In this document: positions 1 to 7,664 of the stretch, piece after piece
Layout: each line of letters begins with the position of its first letter
Numbering within the stretch: the stretch's first letter is position 1
Assembly: GCA_029246845.1 (NCBI GenBank)
Contig: JAQWMJ010000051.1
Span: forward strand, 1-37,367
Length of the DNA: 37,367 nucleotides
Direction: 5' to 3'
Source of the DNA: Thermodesulfobacteriota bacterium
Lineage (GTDB): Bacteria > Desulfobacterota_D > UBA1144
Made by a program: the position numbers and the translations under genes
The notes under the pieces: model-generated
What the model saw: only the letters and a program-made list of their open reading frames with translations
What the model was told of the DNA's origin: nothing
The model's database searches: none

Positions 1-2
1 GT

Positions 3-989
3 CAAAGACATGCAAATATTATTATTCAGCAGTCGGACTTGCTTTTAGCGTTGGGTACAAGACTAGGTTTGCAGCAGACAGGTTTTAACTGGAAGGAATT
101 TATTCCTATAGGGGATATAATTCAGGTCGACATAGACAAGAGAGAGCTTAAGAAAGGTCACCCAAAAGTTAAATGGCCTTACTCATTTGATGTCAATAAT
201 TTTCTACCTCGGGTACTACGTCAGAACCTTGGCTCTAATTCTGAATGGATTAAATTTTGCAAAAAAGTAAAAAAAGATTTTCCGCTTATAGATAAGAGCA
301 ATAAAACTAGAAATAAATATGTATCACCTTACCTTTTAATGCAAAAGTTATCTTATATTTCAAGGCCAAAGGATGTCCTAGTACCATGTAGTAGTGGAGG
401 GGTTTTTACAGCCTTTAAGCAAGCTTTTACTCCCAAGTTGGGTCAAAAGATTGTATCCAATAAAGGTCTGGCGGCAATGGGATATGGTCTTTCGGCAGCA
501 ATTGGAGCATCCTTCGCTAATAATAAAAAAATAGTAATTCATCTAGAAGGAGATGGCGGTTTTTCACAGAATCTTCAAGAAATCGGTACGATGATGATAA
601 ATAAACTGAATATCAAATCTTTCATCTTTGATGATTCTGGTTATGCCTCGATTAGAATGACTCAAAAAAATTATTTTGATGGAGAATATATGGGCTGTGA
701 TATTAAAAGTGGCTTAGGAATCCCTAATTGGGAAAAGTTATTTTTGGCTTGGGGACTTAAATCATATAAATTGAATAATAATTTTGATACGGATAAAACT
801 TTTTTAAAATATTTTCATTCTAGTGGTCCATCTGTCTTTATAGTTCCAGTTGATCCAAATCAAACATACTTCCCTAAGATACAGAGTAGAGTAACAAAAA
901 CAGGCTCTATGGAATCAAATCCACTCCATAGGATGTCTCCACAGCTTACTAATGAGGAAGAAGAGCTTTTCTTTAAATTTCTAAAATAA
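3..989 (+). CDS. Thiamine-diphosphate-dependent enzyme, acetolactate-synthase-like family (5'-truncated; glycan-cluster type)
   Basis: The frame is open from position 3 (QRHANIIIQQSDLLLALGTRL), so the true start lies upstream of the window. Contains the middle-domain motif IIQVDID, AAMGYGL, and the ThDP motif GDGG...SGYASIR. Confidence 0.85.
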   Translation, partial: QRHANIIIQQSDLLLALGTRLGLQQTGFNWKEFIPIGDIIQVDIDKRELKKGHPKVKWPYSFDVNNFLPRVLRQNLGSNSEWIKFCKKVKKDFPLIDKSNKTRNKYVSPYLLMQKLSYISRPKDVLVPCSSGGVFTAFKQAFTPKLGQKIVSNKGLAAMGYGLSAAIGASFANNKKIVIHLEGDGGFSQNLQEIGTMMINKLNIKSFIFDDSGYASIRMTQKNYFDGEYMGCDIKSGLGIPNWEKLFLAWGLKSYKLNNNFDTDKTFLKYFHSSGPSVFIVPVDPNQTYFPKIQSRVTKTGSMESNPLHRMSPQLTNEEEELFFKFLK

Positions 990-1009
990 TTTTTTTTATC
1001 TACTTTCTT

Positions 1010-1018
1010 TGGTAAGAT
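1010..1018 (+). promoter_or_regulatory. Extended -10 element (TGgTAAGAT) 7 nt before the gtrA GTG; candidate leaderless promoter
   Basis: TGnTAnnnT match; no SD sequence before the start codon. Confidence 0.45.
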
Positions 1019-1025
1019 TCATACA

Positions 1026-1409
1026 GTGGAAAAGCTACTAAATTTCTTTAATCAAAATAAAAAATTTATTTTGTTCCTTTGTGTAGGCTTGTTGAATACC
1101 TTATTTGGCTATTCAATCTTTGCTTTCTTTTTGTGGATAGGTGTGCATTTTACAATATCTGCTTTGATATCAACGATTGCTGGCATTTTATTTAACTTTA
1201 CTACTTTTGGTAGAATTGTTTTTAAAAATAAATCTTACTCAAATATACCTAAATTTGTGTTCATATATGCACTTAATTATTTTTTAGGTGTCGGTGTGTT
1301 GTATTATTGTGATCAACTTGATTACAATTTATATTTTGTCCAAGCAATATTACTAATGCCTACAGCTGTATTAAGGTACTTATTGATGAAATACTTTGTT
1401 TATAAATAA
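1026..1409 (+). CDS. gtrA: GtrA-family lipid-linked sugar flippase
   Basis: 127 aa with 4 hydrophobic segments; FLCVGLLNTLFGY, FNFTTFGRIVFK and C-terminal KYFVYK match the GtrA pattern. GTG start. Confidence 0.85.
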   Translation: MEKLLNFFNQNKKFILFLCVGLLNTLFGYSIFAFFLWIGVHFTISALISTIAGILFNFTTFGRIVFKNKSYSNIPKFVFIYALNYFLGVGVLYYCDQLDYNLYFVQAILLMPTAVLRYLLMKYFVYK

Positions 1410-1438
1410 TTTTATCTCCATTCCTTGACTTTAATACT

Positions 1439-1465
1439 TCAAGATAAGACACTGTCTCATCTTGA
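1439..1465. promoter_or_regulatory. 13-1-13 inverted repeat (operator candidate, or hairpin terminator of gtrA)
   Basis: TCAAGATAAGACA-C-TGTCTCATCTTGA with 12/13 arm match. Overlaps promoter-like TTGACT(1425)-N17-GACACT and TTGATT(1462)-N18-TATAAT(1486). Confidence 0.55.
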
Positions 1466-1510
1466 TTGTTATGTTGCAATTGATTTATAATGAAGAAAAG
1501 GAAGGTAGAG

Positions 1511-2341
1511 ATGAATAAATTTATAGTTTTTTTATTAATAGTATTAATAAGCTCAACTTTTGAGTCTTATTCAAAAGGCCACGATGATGTTAAACCTAAG
1601 ACATCCATTTATGCAGGCGGTGGTTTTATTTCGAAGCCCACTTATGATGGATCAAGCTCTAGAAGATTTATGTGGATTCCTATGATCGCTTTAACCTATA
1701 AGGATCAAAGCAAAACTACTTTAAATGAATTTAATTTTTATGGACCATATGCAAATTTAAGTCTTTATGATAATCAGGAATTTAGTTTAAGCCTGTTTGG
1801 AGAATATGATTTTGGAAGACAGAATGGAGATGATAATTCTTTAGCAGGTCTTGAAGAAATTGACCCTCACTTCCAGGTTGGATTAGATTTAGGGTACTCT
1901 CTTCCATATAATTTCTCATTGGGATATTCAATGGTTACAGATGCTAAAGATTTTTACAGCGGTTCATATGATAGCAAATTTTCATTAAATTACGAAACAC
2001 TTGGATGGGTAAATTTTAAGCAACCTTTAGCTAATACGACCTCAATTTCCTTTAATTATGCAAATGGCGATTATTTGAACGAATGGTATGGAACACCTTA
2101 CCCTGCTTTTAATGACCCTAAAGCTATGTATAAATTCTACAAACCTGAGTCAGGAATATATAAAGCTTCACTGTCAAACAATGTTATCTTTCCTTTAAGT
2201 GAAAAGATAACAGGTCTAGTCAATATAGGTTATGACCGTCTGATGGGCGATGCTGGGAATAGTCAACTTGTCAAAAGACAGGGGTCTAAGAACCAATTCT
2301 CCGTAATGTTTAATGCAATGTATGAATTTTACTCATTTTAA
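1511..2341 (+). CDS. MipA/OmpV-family outer-membrane beta-barrel protein
   Basis: Signal peptide from ATG 1511 (preceded by AAGGAAGG; the upstream ATG 1490 overlaps a TATAAT). Motifs PTYDGS, LAGLEEID and YDRLMGDAGNSQLV; terminal Phe of a BAM beta-signal. Confidence 0.8.
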   Translation: MNKFIVFLLIVLISSTFESYSKGHDDVKPKTSIYAGGGFISKPTYDGSSSRRFMWIPMIALTYKDQSKTTLNEFNFYGPYANLSLYDNQEFSLSLFGEYDFGRQNGDDNSLAGLEEIDPHFQVGLDLGYSLPYNFSLGYSMVTDAKDFYSGSYDSKFSLNYETLGWVNFKQPLANTTSISFNYANGDYLNEWYGTPYPAFNDPKAMYKFYKPESGIYKASLSNNVIFPLSEKITGLVNIGYDRLMGDAGNSQLVKRQGSKNQFSVMFNAMYEFYSF

Positions 2342-2380
2342 TGTATAAATTGATTAAGTATAAATCTTTTATTATTAATT

Positions 2381-2400
2381 TATAATATCAAGTACAGGAG
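2381..2400 (+). promoter_or_regulatory. -10 box TATAAT and SD AGGAG of gmd
   Basis: TATAAT at 2381-2386; AGGAG at 2396-2400, 8 nt before the ATG. Confidence 0.5.
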
Positions 2401-2408
2401 AATTCCAA

Positions 2409-3419
2409 ATGAAAAAAGCTTTAATAACAGGTATTACCGGACAAGACGGAGCATATCTAGCACAACACTTATTGAAAGAAGGTTACGAAGTTTATGGTGC
2501 TGCAAGAAGAAATTCTAACTACAACACTGAAAGACTTGAGATTTTAGGTGTTGATAAAGATGTTAAAATAAAAGAATTCGAATTATTAGAAGAGACTAAC
2601 ATAAGAAATGTTATAGAATCTGTAAAGCCGGATGAAGTTTACAATCTAGGAGCTCAAAGTTTCGTTGGTGCTAGTTTTGATACTCCACTCTACACAGCAG
2701 AAGTAACAGGCTTAGGAACTTTAAGAGTACTAGAGGCTATTAGATCTATCTCACCAGAAACCAAGTTCTATCAAGCATCATCATCAGAAATGTTTGGAAA
2801 GGTAATGGAGACTCCTCAAAATGAAGAAACTCCTTTTTATCCAAGGTCCCCTTATGGTGTTGCGAAGGTTTATTCACATTTTATTACAATGAACTATCGT
2901 GAATCATATAATATATTTGGTTGTTGCGGAATATTGTTTAATCATGAATCACCTTTGAGAGGCAATGAGTTTGTTACAAAGAAGATATCTAAAGCGATAG
3001 CTAGAATTAAAAAAGGTAAGCAAGATCAATTAGTCCTTGGTAATTTAGATGCAAAAAGAGACTGGGGTTTTGCAGGCGATTACGTGGAGGCTATGCACTT
3101 AATGCTTCAATCAGACACACCAGATGATTATGTTGTTTCTACAGGTGAAACCCATTCAGTTAGAGAGTTTGTTGAGGTTACCTTAAATCATGCTGGGATT
3201 GACTTTGAGTGGTCAGGAGAAGGGGTAGATACTGTAGCTATTGCAAAGGATAGTGGAAACAAGATAGTTGTTTGCAGTAAGGACTTTTATAGACCTGCTG
3301 AAGTTGACTTGCTTCTTGGTGATTGTTCTAAGGCTAGTAAAGAACTAGGTTGGAAACCTAAAACCAAATTTGAGTCATTAGCAGAAATGATGATTAAATA
3401 TGAACTTAATTTGGATTAG
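2409..3419 (+). CDS. gmd: GDP-mannose 4,6-dehydratase
   Basis: KALITGITGQDGAYLA, YQASSSEMFG, PRSPYGVAK, ILFNHESPLRG, LGNLDAKRDWG, YRPAEVDLL. Confidence 0.97.
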   Translation: MKKALITGITGQDGAYLAQHLLKEGYEVYGAARRNSNYNTERLEILGVDKDVKIKEFELLEETNIRNVIESVKPDEVYNLGAQSFVGASFDTPLYTAEVTGLGTLRVLEAIRSISPETKFYQASSSEMFGKVMETPQNEETPFYPRSPYGVAKVYSHFITMNYRESYNIFGCCGILFNHESPLRGNEFVTKKISKAIARIKKGKQDQLVLGNLDAKRDWGFAGDYVEAMHLMLQSDTPDDYVVSTGETHSVREFVEVTLNHAGIDFEWSGEGVDTVAIAKDSGNKIVVCSKDFYRPAEVDLLLGDCSKASKELGWKPKTKFESLAEMMIKYELNLD

Positions 3420-4106
3420 TCAGCTAAGTCTTAATTTTATAAGTGTTAAAAGGAAATCTAAGTAAGTTTTTAGTTTTCTTTTGGTTTTTCCGTGAACTCT
3501 AGTATCAAAAGTATATGGAACTTCTATTATCTTTTTAATATTATTTAATTTTGTAGTTTTAAATACGATTTCTGGGATTATGTCAAAATTTTCAGATTTA
3601 AGATCAATTTCTTTTAATAGCTTAGTCTCATACATTTTAAAGCTGCCTGACCAATCTGAACAACTAACTCTTAAAATAAGTGAATAAACAAAGTTTAGAA
3701 GTTTTGACAGGAAGATCGATGTAACTTTATCATTTGTTTTTCCACCTAAACAATACCTAGAGGCTATGCAGATTCCGTTTTGTCCAATTTTTTCCATTAT
3801 TTTAGGAATTAATTTAGGGTTATGAGATCCATCTGCATCCATAAATAAAGTAAACTCTTTAGATATTGTCTTAATTCCTGTCTTAACAGCACTTCCATAA
3901 TTATCTACCCCTAGAGTATTTACATAAGTAACATTCTGAAACTTTGAGCAAACATCTGGAGAATCATCCATAGGTGCGCAACTATCAACGATAATAATTT
4001 CATATTCAACTTTTGTAGGATCTAAGTTTTCGATAATTTGAGGAAGGAGGAACCTAAGATTCTCTGCCTCTTTCAAGCAAGGGATGACAATATTTAGAGA
4101 TTTCAA
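3420..4106 (-). CDS. GT2 glycosyltransferase, DPM1-like polyprenol-phosphate sugar synthase
   Basis: IVIPCLKEAENL, IIIVDS, FMDADGSH (DxD motif), IASRY, EVPYTF..R..GKTK; 228 aa with no TM helices. TTG start 1 nt after the upstream stop codon. Confidence 0.85.
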   Translation of the reverse strand: MKSLNIVIPCLKEAENLRFLLPQIIENLDPTKVEYEIIIVDSCAPMDDSPDVCSKFQNVTYVNTLGVDNYGSAVKTGIKTISKEFTLFMDADGSHNPKLIPKIMEKIGQNGICIASRYCLGGKTNDKVTSIFLSKLLNFVYSLILRVSCSDWSGSFKMYETKLLKEIDLKSENFDIIPEIVFKTTKLNNIKKIIEVPYTFDTRVHGKTKRKLKTYLDFLLTLIKLRLS

Positions 4107-4107
4107 T

Positions 4108-4863
4108 TTATTTTCTTTCTATATCCTCTTCAACACATGCTTTACCGTATTGAACCTCAACTACTATGAGTTCTTGGGAACCATTATTTATAAGTTGATG
4201 CCATTCGTTTACAGCTATATCAAAATGTTTAAAGGTTTCCACTGTATGCTCTTTATCATTTAAAACAATAGTTGCGTTACCCTTAATTACAAACCAATGT
4301 TCATTTCTGTGATTATGCTTCTGATAAGAAAGTTTTTGACCAGGCTTTACGATTAATGATTTTAATTTTGCCTTAGCATTATCTATATCAAATTCTTTAT
4401 ATGAATGCCACTCACCCCAAGGACGAGGCATAGGAGAGTCTCTCCATTTGTCTAATATGTTACTAGAAGATTGCGTTTTCCCCCCACCAACATTAAATAC
4501 TTCGTTAATTCCATTCTCAGAGCAGAATTTAGTTTCAGGAGTTGTTTGTTTGTTTCTATCCCCACCATTTGCAAAAGAAACATCATGATTAGGATATTTT
4601 TTAGCTACATCAAGAATGCCTTGAACAGCCGTCCCATCATCATCATTAAAATGAAGAACATCTATAACCCCAGAAATATTCTTTGCAACTGATTCTCTGT
4701 CTTCCCAGTCCATAAAAAAGCTACCTTTTTTTCTTATAAGCCATTCATCGGAATTTAGCAGGACTACAATATCCCCAAGTTCTCGAGCTTCTTCAAACAT
4801 TGAAATATGACCAGAATGTATAGGGTCAAAACCACCTGACAATATAATTATTTTTTTTTTCAT
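4108..4863 (-). CDS. Fusion of a HIGH-motif cytidylyl/adenylyltransferase domain and a mannose-6-phosphate-isomerase-type cupin
   Basis: N-terminal SGGFDPIHSGH, LNSDEWL.RKKG, FANGGDR and GGKTQSSS; C-terminal RPWG, LSYQKHNHRNEHW, WHQL.N and EVQYG...EEDIER. Confidence 0.85.
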   Translation of the reverse strand: MKKKIIILSGGFDPIHSGHISMFEEARELGDIVVLLNSDEWLIRKKGSFFMDWEDRESVAKNISGVIDVLHFNDDDGTAVQGILDVAKKYPNHDVSFANGGDRNKQTTPETKFCSENGINEVFNVGGGKTQSSSNILDKWRDSPMPRPWGEWHSYKEFDIDNAKAKLKSLIVKPGQKLSYQKHNHRNEHWFVIKGNATIVLNDKEHTVETFKHFDIAVNEWHQLINNGSQELIVVEVQYGKACVEEDIERK

Positions 4864-4964
4864 TTAATTCCTATCAAAATTAATATTTTTTTTATTTTAA
4901 CCCTGAGATACGAAAAAACAAATCACATTTATTTTTTTTTACGTACTTTTTTATATAATATGTC

Positions 4965-4970
4965 TATAAT
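4965..4970 (+). promoter_or_regulatory. TATAAT 6 nt before ATG 4977; candidate leaderless promoter
   Basis: Perfect -10 hexamer, no SD. Confidence 0.45.
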
Positions 4971-4976
4971 TGTGAA

Positions 4977-6923
4977 ATGAATAGTGATATTAGTCGCAAT
5001 AAGTTTAAGAGATATGCTTACTACCCTGTCATACTTTTTTTACCTATTTACGTACTTTTTAGTTTTTTTCCTAACTTAGTTAACATCCCTATATATGAAG
5101 TTCCACCTGCAAACTTTTTCCCTTCTTTTAATAATTATTGGTCTTTAGCTAACACTGGAATAGAATCTTTTCTTCTTACTTTTTTAGCCTTTTTATATGT
5201 ATCGTTAAATTTATATTTAGCGGGCAAAAGAGACATTTTATCAATAGAAGCAAACAGTGCTATAAAAAATTATACTTTATTATCTTTTATATTAATCTTT
5301 CTTATACTCTGGATTGCCAGCAATTTTGAAGCTTCCGACTTCTATTGGCAGTTTCAGGAGTATAACTTTTATAATATTAAATCCTGGTTATTTTTCTTGT
5401 TCTATACTTGCTTGTTCTATATAGCCATCAGTAGGGATGATTCAAAAAGAAGGTTCTATTCATATAGTGTTCTCATTTTCTTTTGTTCAATCCTACCCGT
5501 CGGCTTCTTGCAACAATATGATTTAGAGTTTTTTGCTATTCCAGCTTTAGGAATATTGAACAAAGTCAATCCAAACTCAGTGTATTTTCAATATGATCTA
5601 CTAATACCCTTACTAATAGCTCTTTGGGACAAGATCGGTTTTGAAATTTATAATTTTTATATTTTTCTAAATCTCATTCTTTTTATATACTTATTAGGAC
5701 TTTATAAATTATTAAGTTTCTTGATAAGAAATAAATATATCCTAATCCTGTCTGCTTTTACGATTGTGTTCCTAAGATTTTATTTAATCGACATGAAGTT
5801 TGGATCAGTATTTATTCAATATTCTCCACTAAGAGCTGACTTATGGTTACCACTAGCATTAGTCGCTATTATTTGCGGAATTAAATCAAAAAGATTATTC
5901 GCAACATTGATAATAGTTCTGATTTTTTCATTTAACATGGGAGTCCTTTATTCTATAGCCTATTTCCTGACTCTATTAATGCTCTCCTTATTTGAGATGC
6001 AGATGAATACTTTAAAGGCATTAGCTCTGTGGATTAAACAAAACTTAATAAAACTTCTAATCTTTATAGCGGCCTTTAGTCTTTTGTATGTTTACGTCTA
6101 TTCCTATGGAGAGAATATTGGCACCAAACAGTTTCTCAAATATTCTATTCAATCTAATAAAATTCAAAAATTTTCAATAATTTGGATTGCGTTATTATTC
6201 ATCGGCATATTATCATCAAATATTGCTAATAGAATCTCGGGAATTAAAAAAGAGAAATTAAGTATATATATTTTTTTAATATTCTTAACTATTGTTAATT
6301 TCACTTTTTGTTTTTATAAAAACACTATCCTCTCATTTATTAGTGTTAGTACTTCTTTCTTGATATTATTTTTTATTTATATTGACTTAAAATCAAATTT
6401 CTTTAAATCCTTAAGTGAAAATTTTTTAAAATTTAGAATTATAAAGATAATACCAATTATCTTTTTGTTGTTTCCACTTGCTTTTAATAGGTATGGTGTG
6501 CCAACAATAATTAATAATCAATATAGATTCTTATTATCCAACTCAGCGTTTAAAGCAAAAAAAATTAACACCGACATTAAGCAAATAGATTCTCTCAGGC
6601 AAATATTAGGAAAAAAGAGTAAGGTAATAATCTATGGTGCAGGGTCTTATATACAATACTTTGAACTAGATATTGCACCAGTTGATTATTTTTACTTTAC
6701 TTCAAATATTTACAACTCTAAAGAATATAAAGTCTTTCTAAAATCAAAAGTAGAGGAGGGTTATTTGCTAATTTTTCCTAAGTCTAAAGTTACTCCTTGG
6801 GGTCACCCAAGAAAAGAGTATTTTGAGTTTTGGTATTCGATATTAGATGATAATGAATCTTTTTCTATTTTTCCAGATTCGAAGTTCGACATAATATATC
6901 TTGATAACTTTCATAAATTCTAA
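4977..6923 (+). CDS. Large polytopic membrane protein, possibly a GT-C-fold glycosyltransferase
   Basis: 648 aa with more than 12 hydrophobic F/I/L/Y-rich segments and a ~140-aa soluble C-terminal tail; glycan-gene context. The family assignment is inference. Confidence 0.55.
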   Translation: MNSDISRNKFKRYAYYPVILFLPIYVLFSFFPNLVNIPIYEVPPANFFPSFNNYWSLANTGIESFLLTFLAFLYVSLNLYLAGKRDILSIEANSAIKNYTLLSFILIFLILWIASNFEASDFYWQFQEYNFYNIKSWLFFLFYTCLFYIAISRDDSKRRFYSYSVLIFFCSILPVGFLQQYDLEFFAIPALGILNKVNPNSVYFQYDLLIPLLIALWDKIGFEIYNFYIFLNLILFIYLLGLYKLLSFLIRNKYILILSAFTIVFLRFYLIDMKFGSVFIQYSPLRADLWLPLALVAIICGIKSKRLFATLIIVLIFSFNMGVLYSIAYFLTLLMLSLFEMQMNTLKALALWIKQNLIKLLIFIAAFSLLYVYVYSYGENIGTKQFLKYSIQSNKIQKFSIIWIALLFIGILSSNIANRISGIKKEKLSIYIFLIFLTIVNFTFCFYKNTILSFISVSTSFLILFFIYIDLKSNFFKSLSENFLKFRIIKIIPIIFLLFPLAFNRYGVPTIINNQYRFLLSNSAFKAKKINTDIKQIDSLRQILGKKSKVIIYGAGSYIQYFELDIAPVDYFYFTSNIYNSKEYKVFLKSKVEEGYLLIFPKSKVTPWGHPRKEYFEFWYSILDDNESFSIFPDSKFDIIYLDNFHKF

Positions 6924-6947
6924 GTTTTATAAACAATTCAGAAAATA

Positions 6948-6956
6948 TGGTACTTT
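6948..6956 (+). promoter_or_regulatory. Extended -10 (TGgTACTTT) 6 nt before ATG 6963; candidate leaderless promoter
   Basis: TGnTAnnnT, no SD. Confidence 0.4.
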
Positions 6957-6962
6957 AAATAT

Positions 6963-7646
6963 ATGGAAAAAGAAAATAAACCTCATGATTTTCTGAGGGA
7001 AGCATTTGAAGAAACAAGGGTTGGAAATTTAAAGAGAGCGATAGAAATCTATGATGATATTTTAAGTAAAAACCCCAACGACTCTGATGCTTTAGTGAAC
7101 AAGTCTATAGCTCTAATGAATTCTAAAAGATATGATGAGTCTTTGGTTTGTTTGAGTACTATTTCACATGAAAGCCCACATGGTTTTGACAAGATGCTTA
7201 TTGAGGCCAGCTGTCTTTTTAGTTTAGGTGAAGATGTAAAAGCACAGGATCTTTATACAAAGATTTCTAATGTATTACCATTGAATAGAGATACAGTAAT
7301 TCAAATAGGTTCAAAATGTCTTGAACAAGGTTTTTATAGGACTTCAATAGAAATATTCTCCAAGCTTGAAGACAAAGCACATAAGTTTGAAAAGAACTAC
7401 CTATTAGGACTTTCCTACAAAGGTCTAGGAGAGCTTACTAATGCTATAAGGGCCTTTGGAAGAGCTTTAAGAGCAAAGCCAGACTTTTATCAGCTTTACG
7501 CAATTGCGGCTTCAACATGCTTTCAGAACAATATGCAAGAAGAAGGTGACAAGTTGATGAACATACTTAAAGATGAGCATTTTGCATTTTTTCAGAATGT
7601 TGCTGGAATCACGTCGTGTTACAGAAATAAAGACGTGGCTAATTAG
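6963..7646 (+). CDS. Tetratricopeptide-repeat protein
   Basis: TPR patterns AIEIYDDILSKNPNDSDALVNKS and LGLSYKGLGELTNAIRAFGRALRAKPD. Confidence 0.8.
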   Translation: MEKENKPHDFLREAFEETRVGNLKRAIEIYDDILSKNPNDSDALVNKSIALMNSKRYDESLVCLSTISHESPHGFDKMLIEASCLFSLGEDVKAQDLYTKISNVLPLNRDTVIQIGSKCLEQGFYRTSIEIFSKLEDKAHKFEKNYLLGLSYKGLGELTNAIRAFGRALRAKPDFYQLYAIAASTCFQNNMQEEGDKLMNILKDEHFAFFQNVAGITSCYRNKDVAN

Positions 7647-7664
7647 CAACCTTTTAACTAAAAA

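Noticed and set aside
39..41. TTG start proposed for the ThDP enzyme
   Set aside because: The frame is open to the window edge with conserved residues upstream; the gene is truncated.
1490..1510. N-terminal extension MKKRKVE of MipA
   Set aside because: This ATG overlaps a TATAAT, and the stretch contains the SD for ATG 1511.
2343..2365. Direct repeat GTATAAAT x2 upstream of gmd
   Set aside because: An 8-bp AT-rich repeat is expected by chance.
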